From positions 1 through 50,752 of the forward strand of contig NW_021835337.1 in the NCBI RefSeq assembly GCF_006345805.1: 50,752 bases of DNA, read 5' to 3'. Below, in pieces: positions 36,871 through 49,802 of this stretch; the stretch's first letter is position 1, and every line of letters begins with the position of its first letter. The notes beneath the pieces were generated by a model. That model was given only the letters and a program-made list of their open reading frames with translations, had not been told where the DNA came from and did no database searches. The position numbers were made by a program, and so were the translations under genes. This stretch comes from Octopus sinensis. Its lineage: Eukaryota.

Positions 36871-37340
36871 TATATATACAGTTGAAATTTACAGAATAAC
36901 AAAAGAGGAAAGACAGGTGTATGAACAACAAGCAGGTGTATTCATTTGATGTTCGGGAGGGTGAGAGAGTCGTTTACATTTCGAGCCTATGCTCTTCAAA
37001 AAATATATGTATATATGTATATATTTATGTGTGTGTGTTTGGCCCCCACCCCACCACTTGACAACCGATGTTGGTATGTTTACGTCATCGTAACGTAGCA
37101 GTTCGGCAGAAGAGACCGATAGAATAAGTACCAGGTTTACAAAGAGTAAGTCCAGAGATTGATTTCTTCGACGAAAAGGTGGTGCTCCAGCATGGCCACA
37201 GTCAAATGACTGAAACACGTAAAAGAACACTTAGCGTAGATAATTTTAATTTTAGGCAACATATTAATATTGTCACACAATGTTTAGCATTGATAGTCCT
37301 AGATTTTTATGTCAATATAACTTGGTATAGATAATTCTAG

Positions 37341-37735
37341 TGGAATGGAATGGAAGCACTCCGTCGGTTACGACGACGAGGGTTCCGGTTGATCCGATCA
37401 ACGGAACAGCCTGCTCGTGAAATTAACGTGTAAGTGGCCGAGCACTCCACAGACACGTGTACCCTTTAACGTAGTTCTCGTGGATATTCAGCGTGATACA
37501 GAGAGTGACAAGGCCGGCCCCTTGAAATACAGGTACAACAGAAACAGGAAGTAAGAGTGAGAGAGAGTTGTGGTGAAAGAGTACAGCAGGGATCACCACC
37601 ATCCCGTGCCGGAGCATCGTGGAGCTTTAGGTGCTTTCGCTCAATAAACACTCACAACGCCCGGTCTGGGAATCGAAACCGCGATCCTACGACCGCTAGT
37701 CCGCTGCCCTAACCACTGGGCCATTGCGCCTCCAC
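37341..37735 (-). mobile_element. SINE family B, full length
   Basis: (TTCCA)n tail; TSD AATTCTAGT. Confidence 0.9.
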
Positions 37736-37980
37736 TTAATTCTAGTAAATGGCAATATAATAATAATAGTTTCAAATTTTAGTGCAAAGCCAGGAAGTTA
37801 TGGGGCGTGGGTAAATCGATTACATTGCTCTCCCCTACCCCTGGTGCTCATCTGGCAATTGATTTTTCGTCCCTGAAAGGATGAAAAGTGAAGGGGATCT
37901 CGCCGCAATTTGAACCCTAAACAGAAAGATAGACGAAATGCCGCTGAGCCTTTTGCCCGGCGTGCTAATGATTCTGCCTT

Positions 37981-38357
37981 GTGGAGGCGCAATGGCCCAG
38001 TGGTTAGGGCAGCGGACTCGCGGTCATAGGATCGCGGTTTCGAAACCAGACCGGGCGTTGTGGGTGTTTATTGAGCGAAAACACCTAAAAGTTCCACGAG
38101 GCTCCGACAGGGGATGGTGGTGATCCCTGCTGTACTCTTTCACACAACTTTCTCTCACTCTTACTTCCTGTTCTGTTGTACCTATTTTCAAAGGGCCGGC
38201 CTTGTCACTCTCTGTGTCACGCTGAATATCCCCGAGAACTATTAGGGTACACGTGTCTGTGGAGCGCTCAGCCACTTACACGTTAATTTCACGAGCAGGC
38301 TGTTCCGTTGATTCGGATCAACCGGAACCCTCGTCGTCGTTACCGACGAAGTACTTC
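37981..38357 (+). mobile_element. SINE family B
   Basis: Consensus-like. Confidence 0.88.
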
Positions 38358-38363
38358 AAAATA

Positions 38364-38600
38364 GGCGGCGAGCTGGCAGAAACGTTAGCACGCCGGGCGA
38401 AATGCGTAGCCGTATTTCGTCTGTCGTTACGTTGGGAGTTCAAATTCTGCCGAGGTCGACTTTGCCTTTCATCCTTTCGGGGTCGATAAATAAAGTACCA
38501 GTTACGCACTTGGGTCGATGTAAAACGACTTAATCCCTTTGTCTGTCCTTGTTTGTCCCCTCTATATTTAGTCCCTTGTGGGCAATAAAAAAAAAAAAAA
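38364..38600 (+). mobile_element. SINE family A
   Basis: Consensus-like. Confidence 0.88.
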
Positions 38601-38603
38601 ATA

Positions 38604-38639
<36 letters not shown>

Positions 38640-38644
38640 TGTAT

Positions 38645-38944
38645 GTGGAGGCGCAATGGCCCAGTGGTTAGGGCAGCGGACTCGCGGTCGTAGGATCGCG
38701 GTTTCGATTCCCAGACCGGGCGTTGTGTGTGTTTATTGAGCGAAAACACCTAAATGCTCCACGGGGCTCCGGCATGGAGGTGGTGATCCCTGCTGTACTC
38801 TTTCACCACTCTTTCTCTCACTCTTTCTTCTGTTGGCCTGCTCGCTTAGCCAGCGGGGTGGCGTCATTCGAAGGCTAAAACAATGCGAACGCATTGTGAC
38901 CAGCGATGTGTAGCAACATCTGATGGTCTGGTCAGTCACCTGAT

Positions 38945-38952
<8 letters not shown>
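38645..38952 (+). mobile_element. SINE with family-B head/body and a third tail type
   Basis: Diverges from B after CTCTCACTCTT into GCTAAAACAATGCG..CATCTGATGGTCTGGTC..CACGTGAT. Confidence 0.75.
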
Positions 38953-39014
<62 letters not shown>

Positions 39015-39542
39015 CATGACAGGCAGGCTTCTGGACAGATAAGTTTCGTGAAAGGCATAACTAACTGGACATGGCAGCAATTGTCATCGAAATCGTTGCA
39101 ACTGAGAACGACGAAGATACCTGGCGTCGCTGATTTGGTGATCGTGCTGTCACGGTGACGGTGGTGGAGACACTTAGCCTCTCAGTCTCGCAAATGGGCG
39201 AGAAAAAAGTGAGTCGCCAACTACTTGAAATCAAATCTCTGTCCCTGCTTGCATTAAGATGTTAAACAGAAAAGTTATGAGACAGAGGTCGCGAAAGGTC
39301 GAGGTGAAGTAGGTTTTCTGCCTCTAGGGTAGACGGAGAATTGAAAGCAGGACAATGGGAAAACGAGCCGAAAGTCTCTATAAACGAATCGAAAGTATGG
39401 CAGATCGAATCTCGGTGAAGTTTTCCGTTACAAATGTTCTGTATAGATACTTCTTACTTAGTAGTATTTGTCACACAATGATCAATATAGATAAATACAG
39501 TTTGAGAATATAGTTTATAGGAAAACAATTTGTTTAATGGGA

Positions 39543-39922
39543 TGGAAGCACTCCGTCGGTTACGACGATGAGGTTGATCCGAATCAACGGAACAGCCTGC
39601 TCGTGAAATTAGCGTGTAAGTGGCTGAGCACTCCACAGACACGTGTACCCTTAACGTAGTTCTCAGGGATATTCAGCGTGACAAAGAGAGTGACAAGGCT
39701 GGCCCCTTGAAATACAAGTACAACAGAAACAGGAAGTAAGAGTGGAGTGAGAGAAAGTTGAGGCGAAAGAGTACAGCAGGGGTCGCCACCACCCCCTGCC
39801 GGAGCCCCGTGGAGCTTTAGGTGTTTTCGCTCAATAAACACACACAACGCCCGGTCTGGGAATCGAAACCGCGATCCTACGACCGCGAGTCCGCTGCCCT
39901 AACCACTGGGCCATTGCGCCTC
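39543..39922 (-). mobile_element. SINE family B
   Basis: Consensus-like reverse complement. Confidence 0.88.
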
Positions 39923-40417
39923 TAATTTGTTATATTAATTTGTTTAATATAACAATATTAAACACAATTCTTAGTATAGATAATAACAATTTATGACACT
40001 AATAAAACATAATGTTTAGAGCTGATGATACAATATAATCATCTGTCGTGTTTGTCACAACCAGTTTGTTTACACTGAATGACACAATCGAAGTATATAT
40101 CCATAAAAAAATGCTTTCCATGAGAAAAATTATAAAAAAAGAGTGCATGCATGGTTTTGCGGTTAAGCCGCTTGCTTCACAACCACATGCTTTCGAGTTT
40201 GAATGTTTGACCGTGTGACCATCATTTCCAGCAGGACCAGGGCCTGCCGTGTCCATTGGACTGAAGGTGTCGTAGACTTATCTATGAGGACCTTGTAGAC
40301 TGGTTACCTTGTGTTGTTGGTTTCTGGTCCTTTCGATAGTTTTCCTTCCACATCTGGTCGTAGGTTCACGATCGCAACGAATTAGACCATCATAATGCCT
40401 TTTTCCAGTCTCTATTT

Positions 40418-40637
40418 CTCTTTTCTCTTTTACTTGTTTCAGTCATTTGACTGCGGCCATGCTGGAGCACCGCCTTTTAGTCGAGCAAATCGACCCCAGG
40501 ACTTATTCTTTGTAAGCCTAGTACTTATCCTATCGGTCTCTTTTGCCGAACCGCTAAGTGACGGGGGACGTAAACACGCCAGCATCGGTTGTCAAGCGAT
40601 GTTGGGGAGACAAACACAGACACACAAACACACACAG

Positions 40638-40700
<63 letters not shown>

Positions 40701-40864
40701 CGACGGGCTTCTTTCAGTTTCCGTCTACCAAATCCACTCACAAGGCTTTGGTCGGCCCGAGGCTATAGTAGAAGACACTTGCCCAAGGTGTCACGCAGTA
40801 GGACTGAACCCGGAACTGTGTGGTTTGTAAGCAAGCTACTTACCACACAGCCACTCCTGCGCCT
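40418..40864 (-). mobile_element. SINE family C, full length
   Basis: Consensus-like with internal (CA)n. Confidence 0.88.
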
Positions 40865-41399
40865 CTTCCATTTTGGTGGAGAAATTTCCCACGGTCAATC
40901 CCTCTTCAGCAAATCCATGTGCGATATTACGAACTCGACTACTGCCATTGGTACTTGGCTATGGTGTCTATTTCTTGTTGAGTCAGTAAGGGAAAAGGAT
41001 ATGCTCCGTCAATAGTTCATACACCATTAACTCGACCTGTTGCATTATCTCAATGAACTGACAACAAATAAATACTTTTGTAATGTGATATAGCTCGCAT
41101 GATACATAATATTAGTGATTCATATCGTCTGCATAACAGCGTGAATAGGTCTTACAGTTTCGCCACATAATATTATATATACATCACCTAAGCTGTTCTT
41201 TAACAACGATGAAATAAGATAACTATACGGTTTAAATATATATCACACTTTCGAGTTAAATTACATTATCGAATTCAGATATCGTTAGGGAATAAAATTA
41301 AACTTTACTTTATATTTACTTTTTAAACTGAAGAGTAAGAAATTTACTAAACGATCTCGGCAGAAGTAACAACAGTGTGTAGAGGCAGCGATTTCGATT

Positions 41400-42820
41400 A
41401 ACGGTTTCGTCGCTCTGCGAGGACCTCGGACGAGCCCGTCTGACAGTGCATCCATGTCTGTAGAGTTTATCTCGAACCCGTAGCGACCCTAAGCCAAAGA
41501 CATCTGGAAATTATCCATAACAGTCCCCGACCAGAAAGTCCTCCGGAATAGACTTGCTAGTTCGTCTTCGTCGACGTCAAAGACTTCATTGTGGATTTGT
41601 TTCCACGTCGCGTCTCTACTGTTTGGGCTCATCGGACGGCTTTAGTTCCTTTGTGTTTTAGCACACGAGCCTTAGCTCTGACAACGCACCCTTCGTGTTT
41701 CGCCTCAAAGAAATGGTCACGGGCCATTCTTGCTGCTAACACGTCGGTCGCTTTGCCTTTATGAATAGCCTCTTCTAGTTTACTGACTAGTTATCCCTCT
41801 AATCTATTTCTTTCTATTACCAAATCTTTGCGAAACGCTATCGATTCTACTCTAGTCGCTCTCTTCAGAGTACTCCACCACTAGTTGTTGACGATAGCCC
41901 TCGTCAACTGCTGCTTAGCTAGTTCGCTATTCCGGTCCCTGTAGTTTTTGCGAGCCTGATAGGACGCATTCAACTTCCAGTAACCGGGTCCCTGTCTACG
42001 AGTTCTATTTAAATCGACTGAGCATATCACAAATTTGTTATCTGTGAAGCCGACCAATTTAAATTGTGGACAACCTATGCTATCCCTATCCTCTGATCTA
42101 ACAAATACTCTATCTAAATACGATCTGGATGACCCGCTGTGGTTGCTCCATGTCCACATTGGCACATCAGGGAAATCCAGTCGGTACCTGTCAGAAAGCT
42201 GGAAAGTCCTGAACGGGTTTTCGAGGTTTTTACATCCCCTTCTACTATGTACTAAACACATACAGTCCTTCCGTGCGTCCAAAATATTATTCCAGTCCCC
42301 CACTAGTACTAAAGTGCGATACGTTCCCAAGAATGTTTCTAGATGCCTGAAGAAATTTGGCCTTGTTGGGGCATAAACCGCCACTAGTCTAAAGGCGCCA
42401 CCTTCATTGCCGTTCACGTCCAGGACCACCAACCTGCCATCCGGATCCAGGAAGATAGCCCGTACTTGGAGATCTAAGGATTTCCGAAGTAGCACTGCTA
42501 CACCACCACCCGCTTCCGATAGACAAGATGAGAATACCTCGTAGTCTTCGAAAATGGATGCTAGAGCGTGTTTTCCGGAGATCCTTGTTTCACTAGTGGA
42601 AGCCACGTCCAAATCAAGTGACCTGAGATCATTGAACAAGTGATCTTGCTACCAGGCTGATCCCAAGCCACAAACATTCACACATCTCATTCTCAGCACA
42701 GCTATGCTAGCCAGAGAAAGAAAATGAGGAGGTTACTCATGTTGGTTCTCGAGAAGCCCGGAAGTTCTCTCTCCCTCTTATTCTCTCTCCTTCTTTTCTT
42801 TTTCCCTCTTTTTCTCTAAT
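41400..42820 (-). mobile_element. L1/Tx1-like LINE remnant: APE endonuclease joined to C-terminal zinc-binding region, RT absent
   Basis: ORF 41881-42639 with SETR, VYAP, VGDWN, YLDR, PGYWKLN motifs; frame continues with stops to about 41580, then LFRRTF..MDNFQ..RVRDKLYRHG..QSDETV. Confidence 0.85.
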
Positions 42821-43003
42821 CACGTGGAAGCGTTACCGACGGGCTAAGTAACGTAATGACAGGCAGAATGATTACATTGCTGACCCAATGTTATAGATAG
42901 TACAGCGTTGTAACAATAGCTTCTACATGGCTATTATAATATTACTAGCTGACCCCGTGCCGTCAAAAACGGCGGTTAATTGTAGTATTTTATATATAAA
43001 TAA

Positions 43004-43210
43004 GCTGTAGAAATGAGTTGCGACGTCACTGGTGCCAAGCTGTAACGACCTTTGTCTTTCCCTTGGATAATACTGGTGGTGTGGAGAGGGGAGGTTGGTA
43101 TGCATGGGCGACTGCTGGTCTTCCATAAACAACCTCGCCCGGACTTGTGTCTAGGAGGGTAACTTTCTAGGTGCAATCCCATGGTCTGTGTCGTGACCGA
43201 AGGGGGTCTC
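43004..43210 (+). mobile_element. SINE family D, 5'-truncated
   Basis: D body/tail; TSD ATATATAAATAAG. Confidence 0.82.
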
Positions 43211-43632
43211 CGATATATATAAATAAGGTACGAAACCATGTTTTTAGTTTAATAATTCTATTATTACCAAACCAAATGTTTTGTGAAAAATCTATTTGCA
43301 ACTAACATTCCTTGACTGCTTGTTTCCTTCAAAAGAATTTTAAAGTTTTCCTTCCTTCTTGTACGACTTAAGGCCACGTGGAAGCGTTACCGGCGGGCTA
43401 AGTAACGTAATGACAAGCAGAATTATTACATTGCTAACTCAATGTTATAGATAGTAACTAAATACGGGAGCTGGCAAGTAAATACCAAACATTTTCAAAG
43501 CGACGTTTCCTTTCAATTGCGCTCTCCATTACTGAAACCAACCTAAACTCATACGACTTAAAGCCACAAAAAGCAGTCCGTGACTTATAGTTGATGCCGT
43601 AAAAACTCCCTATTCAAAATTTATTATATAAA

Positions 43633-44144
43633 TCTATATATATAAAACTGTAGTTGTGTGAGTGTCTGTCCCCTTCGATTTAGATTCCTAACTCCTCCCA
43701 CATTTTGCGGTGCAGTTTAACCAAATTCGGGTATCTTATAGTCGTGATTCATATCGAGCCCGTCTGAGTATTAGCGCGCGTCTACGATGAGTCTACGATT
43801 TTTAAAATAATTTAACATCATTTTTTATTCCATTTTAATGCATAATTTTTCGTGTGTCGATGGCGGCGGAGTTGGCGTCCATGGTCACACCTGCACCTGT
43901 GTTGCTTCTCCCCTTCTTCCCCCCTCGTGAAGCTGTGGGGAAGGGAGTGTAAGGAAATCAACGTCGTAAAGCGTTGTCAAGGAGACCAGCGTTCTTTTAG
44001 AACAACGACTTCATGGCTTGAAGACACCAAAACAGAAATGGCTAAGAAAGCCCGAATTGGCATCTATAAGGGAAGTAACTCTCTAAAAATGCTTATATAG
44101 TTATTTCCCTTACAAACCCGAGCAACGCCGGGCGATACTGCTAG
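43633..44144 (+). mobile_element. Non-autonomous Helitron
   Basis: A|TC...CCCGAGCAACGCCGGG hairpin...CTAG|T. Confidence 0.87.
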
Positions 44145-44557
44145 TTTCTTAATATAAATAAATTAGGCACATGTATGAACTGTTAAATATGTATTTATAA
44201 TATTTTTTTCAGCTGCAGTCGTTTTATATTCTTGATACACTCAGGCAATTATTATTTTCTCTAATGAGTTTGTACACGTATATGTTTGTATAGATGTGTG
44301 TGATTGTAATAATTATTTGTAACACAACAGATAGAATATGGATGGTAAATCAAATTAATACACTTGTCTTTTGATATGTGACATCGATCATCGTTAATTA
44401 CTGAAAGAATGCTGATTCACACATACAAACATTCATATACTTCCCTTGTACACGCACACACACACACACACATATAATCACACAGAGTTAAACTGCTGTT
44501 TGATTTTTCTTTTCAGCGTTGAATGTTCACAATCCCCCTCTTATTGCACACACACAC

Positions 44558-44614
<57 letters not shown>

Positions 44615-44933
44615 ACACACACACACACACGCATATATTCACATACCTCCCTTTTACATACACATACATATACTCATACAGAGTTGAAACGCAGTTTGAT
44701 TTTTTTTTCACCGTAGAACTTCCGTCATCAACCCACCACCAAGTTTACCATCACCCTTCCTTCCTTATTCATCTATCACCCCTTTCTTTCTCATTCATAT
44801 GTTGTGACGGAGAAAAACAAGAGTATTATTATAGTAGATAGCCGAGACACTATTGTCACAACAATAAATAGATTACTATAAAAATATCATAATTAATATA
44901 AATTTATAACTTTTTAACAGATATTTGATTCTC

Positions 44934-45303
44934 TCTTTTACTCTTTTACTCTTTTACTTGTTTCAGTCATCGACCCTAGGACTTATTCTTTGTAAGCCCA
45001 GTACTTATTCTATCGGTCTCTTTTGCCGAACCGCTAAGTAACGGGGACATAAACACACCAGCATCGGTTGTCAAGCAATGCTAGAGGAGCAAACACAGAC
45101 GCACAAACACACACACGCATATATATATATATACATATATATACGACGGGCTTCTTTTCAGTTTCTGTCTACCAAATCCACTCACAAGGCATTGGTCGGC
45201 CCGAGGCTATAGTAGAAGACACTTGCCCAAGGTGCCACGCAGTGGGACTGAACCCGGAACCATGTGGTTGGTAAACAAGCTACTTACCACACAGCCACTC
45301 CTG
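44934..45303 (-). mobile_element. SINE family C with small internal deletion
   Basis: Tail segment GACTGCGGCC...CGAGCAA missing. Confidence 0.85.
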
Positions 45304-45634
45304 TTACAATAAGTTAAAAAAATATTGTAACAAAAGATAATTCTTCATGAAATTCTTTGTTGTATAGACTATGAGAATTCCTCAATCAATTTTCTCAAAT
45401 TTTGTGTGTAAATATCTTGTGAAATGGACAAAAATCCTTACCATTATCCTTCTTGATACACGTGCGCGCGCACAGGTACACGCACACACACACACATATA
45501 TAGGCATGACTATGTAGTAAGATATTTGCTTCTCAACTATATGGTTCCGGAATCAATCCCACTACATGGTATCTTGGGCAAGTGTCTTCTATTATAACCT
45601 CAGGTCGAAACTGAAAGAAGACCGTCGTATATAG

Positions 45635-45771
45635 CATCATCATCATCGTTTAACGTCCGTTTTCCATGCTAGCATGGGTTGGACGGTTCAACTGGGGTCT
45701 GGGAAGCCAGAAGGCTGCGCCAGGCCCAGACTGATCTGGCAGTGTTTCTACCGCTGGATGTCCTTCCTAAC

Positions 45772-45775
<4 letters not shown>
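45635..45775 (-). mobile_element. 3' fragment of another retroposon with (ATG)n tail
   Basis: CATCATCATCATCGTTTAACGTCCG..CCATGCTAGCATGGGTTGGACGG; recalled as a common repeat tail, family not assigned. Confidence 0.45.
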
Positions 45776-45830
<55 letters not shown>

Positions 45831-45834
45831 TATA

Positions 45835-45997
45835 GGCGCAGGAGTGGCTGTGTGGTAAGTAGCTTGTTTACCAACCACATGGTTCTGGGTTCAGTCCCAC
45901 TGCGTGGCACCTTGGGCAAGTGTCTTCTACTATAGCCTCGGGCCGACCAAAGCCTTGTGAGTGGATTTGGTAGACGGAAACTGAAAGAAGCCCGTCG

Positions 45998-46031
<34 letters not shown>

Positions 46032-46256
46032 ATATTATATATATATGCGTGTGTGTATTTGTGTGTCTGTGTTTGTCCCCTAGCATTGCTTGACAACTGA
46101 TGCTGGTGTGTTTATGTCCCCGTTACTTAGCGGTTCGGCAAAAGAGACCGATAGAATAGGTACTGGGCTTACAGAAGAATAAGTCCCAGGGTCGAGTTGC
46201 TCGATTAAAGGCGGTGCTCCAGCATGGCCGCAGTCAATGACTGAAACAAGTAAAAT
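45835..46256 (+). mobile_element. SINE family C, full length
   Basis: Consensus-like. Confidence 0.88.
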
Positions 46257-46257
46257 A

Positions 46258-46301
<44 letters not shown>

Positions 46302-46328
46302 GAGACATATAATTCTTACATAACTCTA

Positions 46329-46649
46329 TTAAGTGATCACAGTATTAGATGATGAGTGCCAACATATAAACATTGCTAAATTTGCTTGGAGCATAGATGT
46401 CTTATCATTTTTGGTTTTAATAAAATTGGTAAGAGGAATCATTTGCTGTGGAGTTGATGCCTTATGTTTCTTTGCTTCACTGTGGCTTACTAAAAGAGAA
46501 TATTTTGCCAACATATTACATCTACAATGTTTGTAATGTGCTTTAGATTGGTCACTAGGTACTTCACACAACCACTTAGTAAACGCTGGCATCTTAAGCC
46601 ATTCTTTTCAGAATTTTTGCTGATACAACTTTGTTTTTTCTTTGCTCAT
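46329..46649 (-). pseudogene. hAT-like transposase N-terminal (BED-finger-like) fragment
   Basis: MSKEKTKLYQQKF*KEWLKMPAFTKWL..DQSKAHYKHCRC..L..H...KKH..ANLAMFI..HSS. Confidence 0.62.
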
Positions 46650-46923
46650 TATAATGTAGTGGGAAGCAAGGAAATAAATTGAAGGATTAATAAAAATATA
46701 AAATTTAAAACACAACTTATCAGTTTGCCGCTAACAATTCTTTCATTCGTCATTAACGATTCTTATGTTTGTTGCTTACAAATTCTTGAGGTGAGGAATT
46801 CTGATTCAGGATGCAAGGTGGCCAACTTATAAATGGAAAAGTAAAATCTGCAGAAATCCTAAAACTGTGTTCAGATATAAACCTGGGAACATCATATTTC
46901 GCTTCCAATCTTACATTTAATAT

Positions 46924-47310
46924 GTGGAGGCGCAATGGCCCAATGGCTAGGGCAGCGGACTCGCGGTCATAGGATCGCGGTTTCGATTCCCAGACCGGGC
47001 GTTGTGAGTGTTTATTCAGCGAAAACACCTAAAAGCTCCACGAGGCTCCGGCAGGGGATGGTGGTGATCCCTGCTGTACTCTTTCACCACAACTTTCTCT
47101 CACTCTTACTTCCTGTTTCTGTTGTATCTTGTATTTCAAAGGGCCGGCCTTGTCACTCTCTGTGTCACGCTGAATATTCCCGAGAACTACGTTAAGGGTG
47201 CACGTGTCTGTGGAGTGCTCAGCCACTTACACGTTAATTTCACGAGCAGGCTGTTCCGTTGATTCGGATCAACCGGAACCCTCGTCGTCGTAACCGACGG
47301 AGTGCATCCA
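46924..47310 (+). mobile_element. SINE family B, full length
   Basis: TSD-like ACATTTAATAT. Confidence 0.9.
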
Positions 47311-47605
47311 TTCCCACATTTAATATCTATTGGTAAAACCACAAATATAACTACAATACTTGAAAAAAAAAGTAAGTAGAAATATAAAGGGGGAGATTCT
47401 GCCAACCCCGTACTTCTATGTAAGATATATAATCCAAAATAAGTATGAAAACACACAGGCCTTTTTAAAATCAGTCAAACTGAAAGTAAATCAGTCAATC
47501 TGTCATGATAAAAACTAATTCACTACAGAATAAAGCATTGTTAGGACAAATTTCCATGCTTTCATTCTTTGCAACGTATTTACACTATTGTGTAGTGAGT
47601 TCAGG

Positions 47606-47998
47606 GGATCTTTTCGGTTTGAACGGCAGTTTTTAACATAATTTCTAGGTAATTAAAAAATTTAAAACTTCGTATACTGGTAGAATGTGTTTATAAAACA
47701 TCTGTTTCTCTTGGCTTTATTGAAAAAATTCTATACTTTGTAAGATATTTGTTGCTTTTTTTTCTTTCTTCAATTTCTGCAATTTCAACCAATCACTGGC
47801 GTCTATTGAGGTAAAAACATTCTGTGCCGTATGAATATGTCCTTCGTTTAATAAACAGATTGGGTTTATTTACATTTGTGAAGAAAAAAAGATACCCTTC
47901 CCCCACCCCTAATCCTAAATCTAAAATAGATTGAAATGCAATAGATCGATACTAGGGTCATAATTATGGGTGACAATTTCATATGACACCGCTAGAAA
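47606..47998 (+). mobile_element. MITE family G lacking right TIR
   Basis: Left TIR GGATCTTTTCGG; homology stops at GACACCGCTAGAAA. Confidence 0.82.
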
Positions 47999-48319
47999 GC
48001 CGGTGGGGGGAAGTTCATAACTTGATAAACTTCCTTTTGATAAACTTTCATTTGAAGTTTCAAGAATGTGAAAGAAAAATTCAACAACAGCCGATAGTAC
48101 TAAAATTTGGCTATAAGATACATTAACGAAAGTAGAAAAGCAGGAAAAAGAAGAAAAATGGGTAACTGTTGTGGAAATGTCATGATCTGAGAAAAATGCA
48201 AAATAAAATTTTAAACCTGCTATTTTCCCTGATAAATGCTAGATTAAAAAATTTTCTGCTAAATGCTGAAAAAAAAAAATGCTAGATCTAGCATAAAATA
48301 TGCTAAATTGGCAACCATG

Positions 48320-48545
48320 CTCCACAGACATGCATACGCTTAGGGTAGTTCTCAGTGGGTTCTGCGAGACATGGAATGTGACAAGGCCGGTCATTTTGAA
48401 TTACGAGTAAAGCTCCTTTTTGTCAGCTGAGTGGATTTTTGTCAGCAACGTGAAATAAAGTGCCTTGCTCAGGGGCACAACCGGGAATCGAACTCATGAC
48501 CTCACGATCATGAGCCGAATACCCTCGCTTACTAAGCCACGCGTC
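48320..48545 (-). mobile_element. Diverged chimeric SINE (D head, B-like tail)
   Basis: Same architecture as 5875-6200. Confidence 0.6.
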
Positions 48546-48600
48546 TTTACTTATGCCTTAAAGGAAAGCATCGAGGATCGGGAGTACAGAACGTAATATC

Positions 48601-48833
48601 TGTTTCTTTACTACCCACAAGGGGCTGAACATAGAGGGGACAAACAAGGACAGACTAACGGATTGAGTCGATTACATCGACCCCAGTGCGTAACTGGTTC
48701 TTAATTTATCGACCCCGAAAGGATGAAAGGCAAAGTCGACCTCGGCGGAATTTGAACTCAGAACGCAACCACAGACTCAATACCGCTAAGCATTTTGCCC
48801 GGTGTGCTAACGATTCTGCCAGCTCGCCGCCTT
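48601..48833 (-). mobile_element. SINE family A, full length
   Basis: 16 bp TSD TACAGAACGTAATATC. Confidence 0.9.
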
Positions 48834-49281
48834 ATACAGAACGTAATATCAATTAATGGTTAGTATTTGTGTGTGTGTGAGAGAGAGAGGGGTGAGGAAG
48901 GGAGAGACAGAGGGGAGAGAGAGGTAAAAAAGAGGGGTAAGAGAGAGGGAAGGAGATGGAGGGAGAGAGAGAGAGGAAGGAGAGGGAGGGAAGGAGAGAA
49001 AGGGAAGGATAGAAAGAGTGCGTGTATGTTATCTGAGTAGAATTTAGACATGAAAATGACAAGTTTATCTCATGTGCGTCACAGTCGAGCACAATGTTAA
49101 CTCAAAAGCTTTTAAATAAAGTGGTTGATTGTTGTCCCCCTTCGCCTCTAATTATCAACACACTACTGCCATTAATCATTGATATGCTGTATCTCCTATC
49201 AGTCTCTTCAACCTCTAAACTACTGTTTTAAAGAAGAGGGGTTGCATAAGTTTATTGTTCGCGTAGTAAACTACAAAATTC

Positions 49282-49802
49282 TTACATATTCTCGATTTCC
49301 TGTAATTGAGACCGCCTCATGGTCCCGCCAGACAAAATGAAAAAGGTGTTGCCCCGGAGGATGGCGAGGGGGATGCGCTGGAACAGTCACTTTGACTTAC
49401 AGGGCCTCACTTGCGGATCGCCATCTCCGTCCCGATAACAGTGAGCAGGGATATGGTCCGAGGGGCCCCGAGAACGTCGCAGGTCTCCACTGCCACAGGC
49501 TCGACCATAAATCTGTCAGAGAGCGATCGATACTTTGACAGTTTGCTCTTCTCAGTCTGACGAACAACGGAGCCTGGGGCTGGTAGCCGAACACATCATG
49601 TTGCCGCTGAAGAAGGGTCACAACATGTGACATCCCAGATGAGGTGCTTACCGTTACAGAACGAGAAAATTGTCCCGTCATCAGGCCTTTTACCGTCCCC
49701 TCTGTCTAGCCCTGCTGGCTCGGGCTGGGAAGGGAAGTCTGCGGCGTCTAGGCCATGCTTTATGATGTTGTTCAGAGCAGCATGGCGTGGAAGTCGGCCA
49801 GC
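49282..49802 (-). pseudogene. CRE-like non-LTR retrotransposon, restriction-like endonuclease C-terminus
   Basis: GRLPRHAALNNIIK..EPAGLDRGDGKRPD..GKHLIWDVTCCD..EKSKLSKYR..EPVAVET..LFQRIPLAILRGN; internal stops, a frameshift, AATAAA downstream. Confidence 0.8.

Noticed and set aside
39060-39440. Higher-complexity stretch as possible host exon
   Set aside because: No long ORF, recognisable motif or convincing splice pair; same for 595-900, 30840-31075, 40200-40400 and 40865-41040.
49600-49700. CTGAAGAAGGGTC (+) and CTGATGA (-) motifs
   Set aside because: No GAAA after a stem; both lie in the CRE coding remnant.
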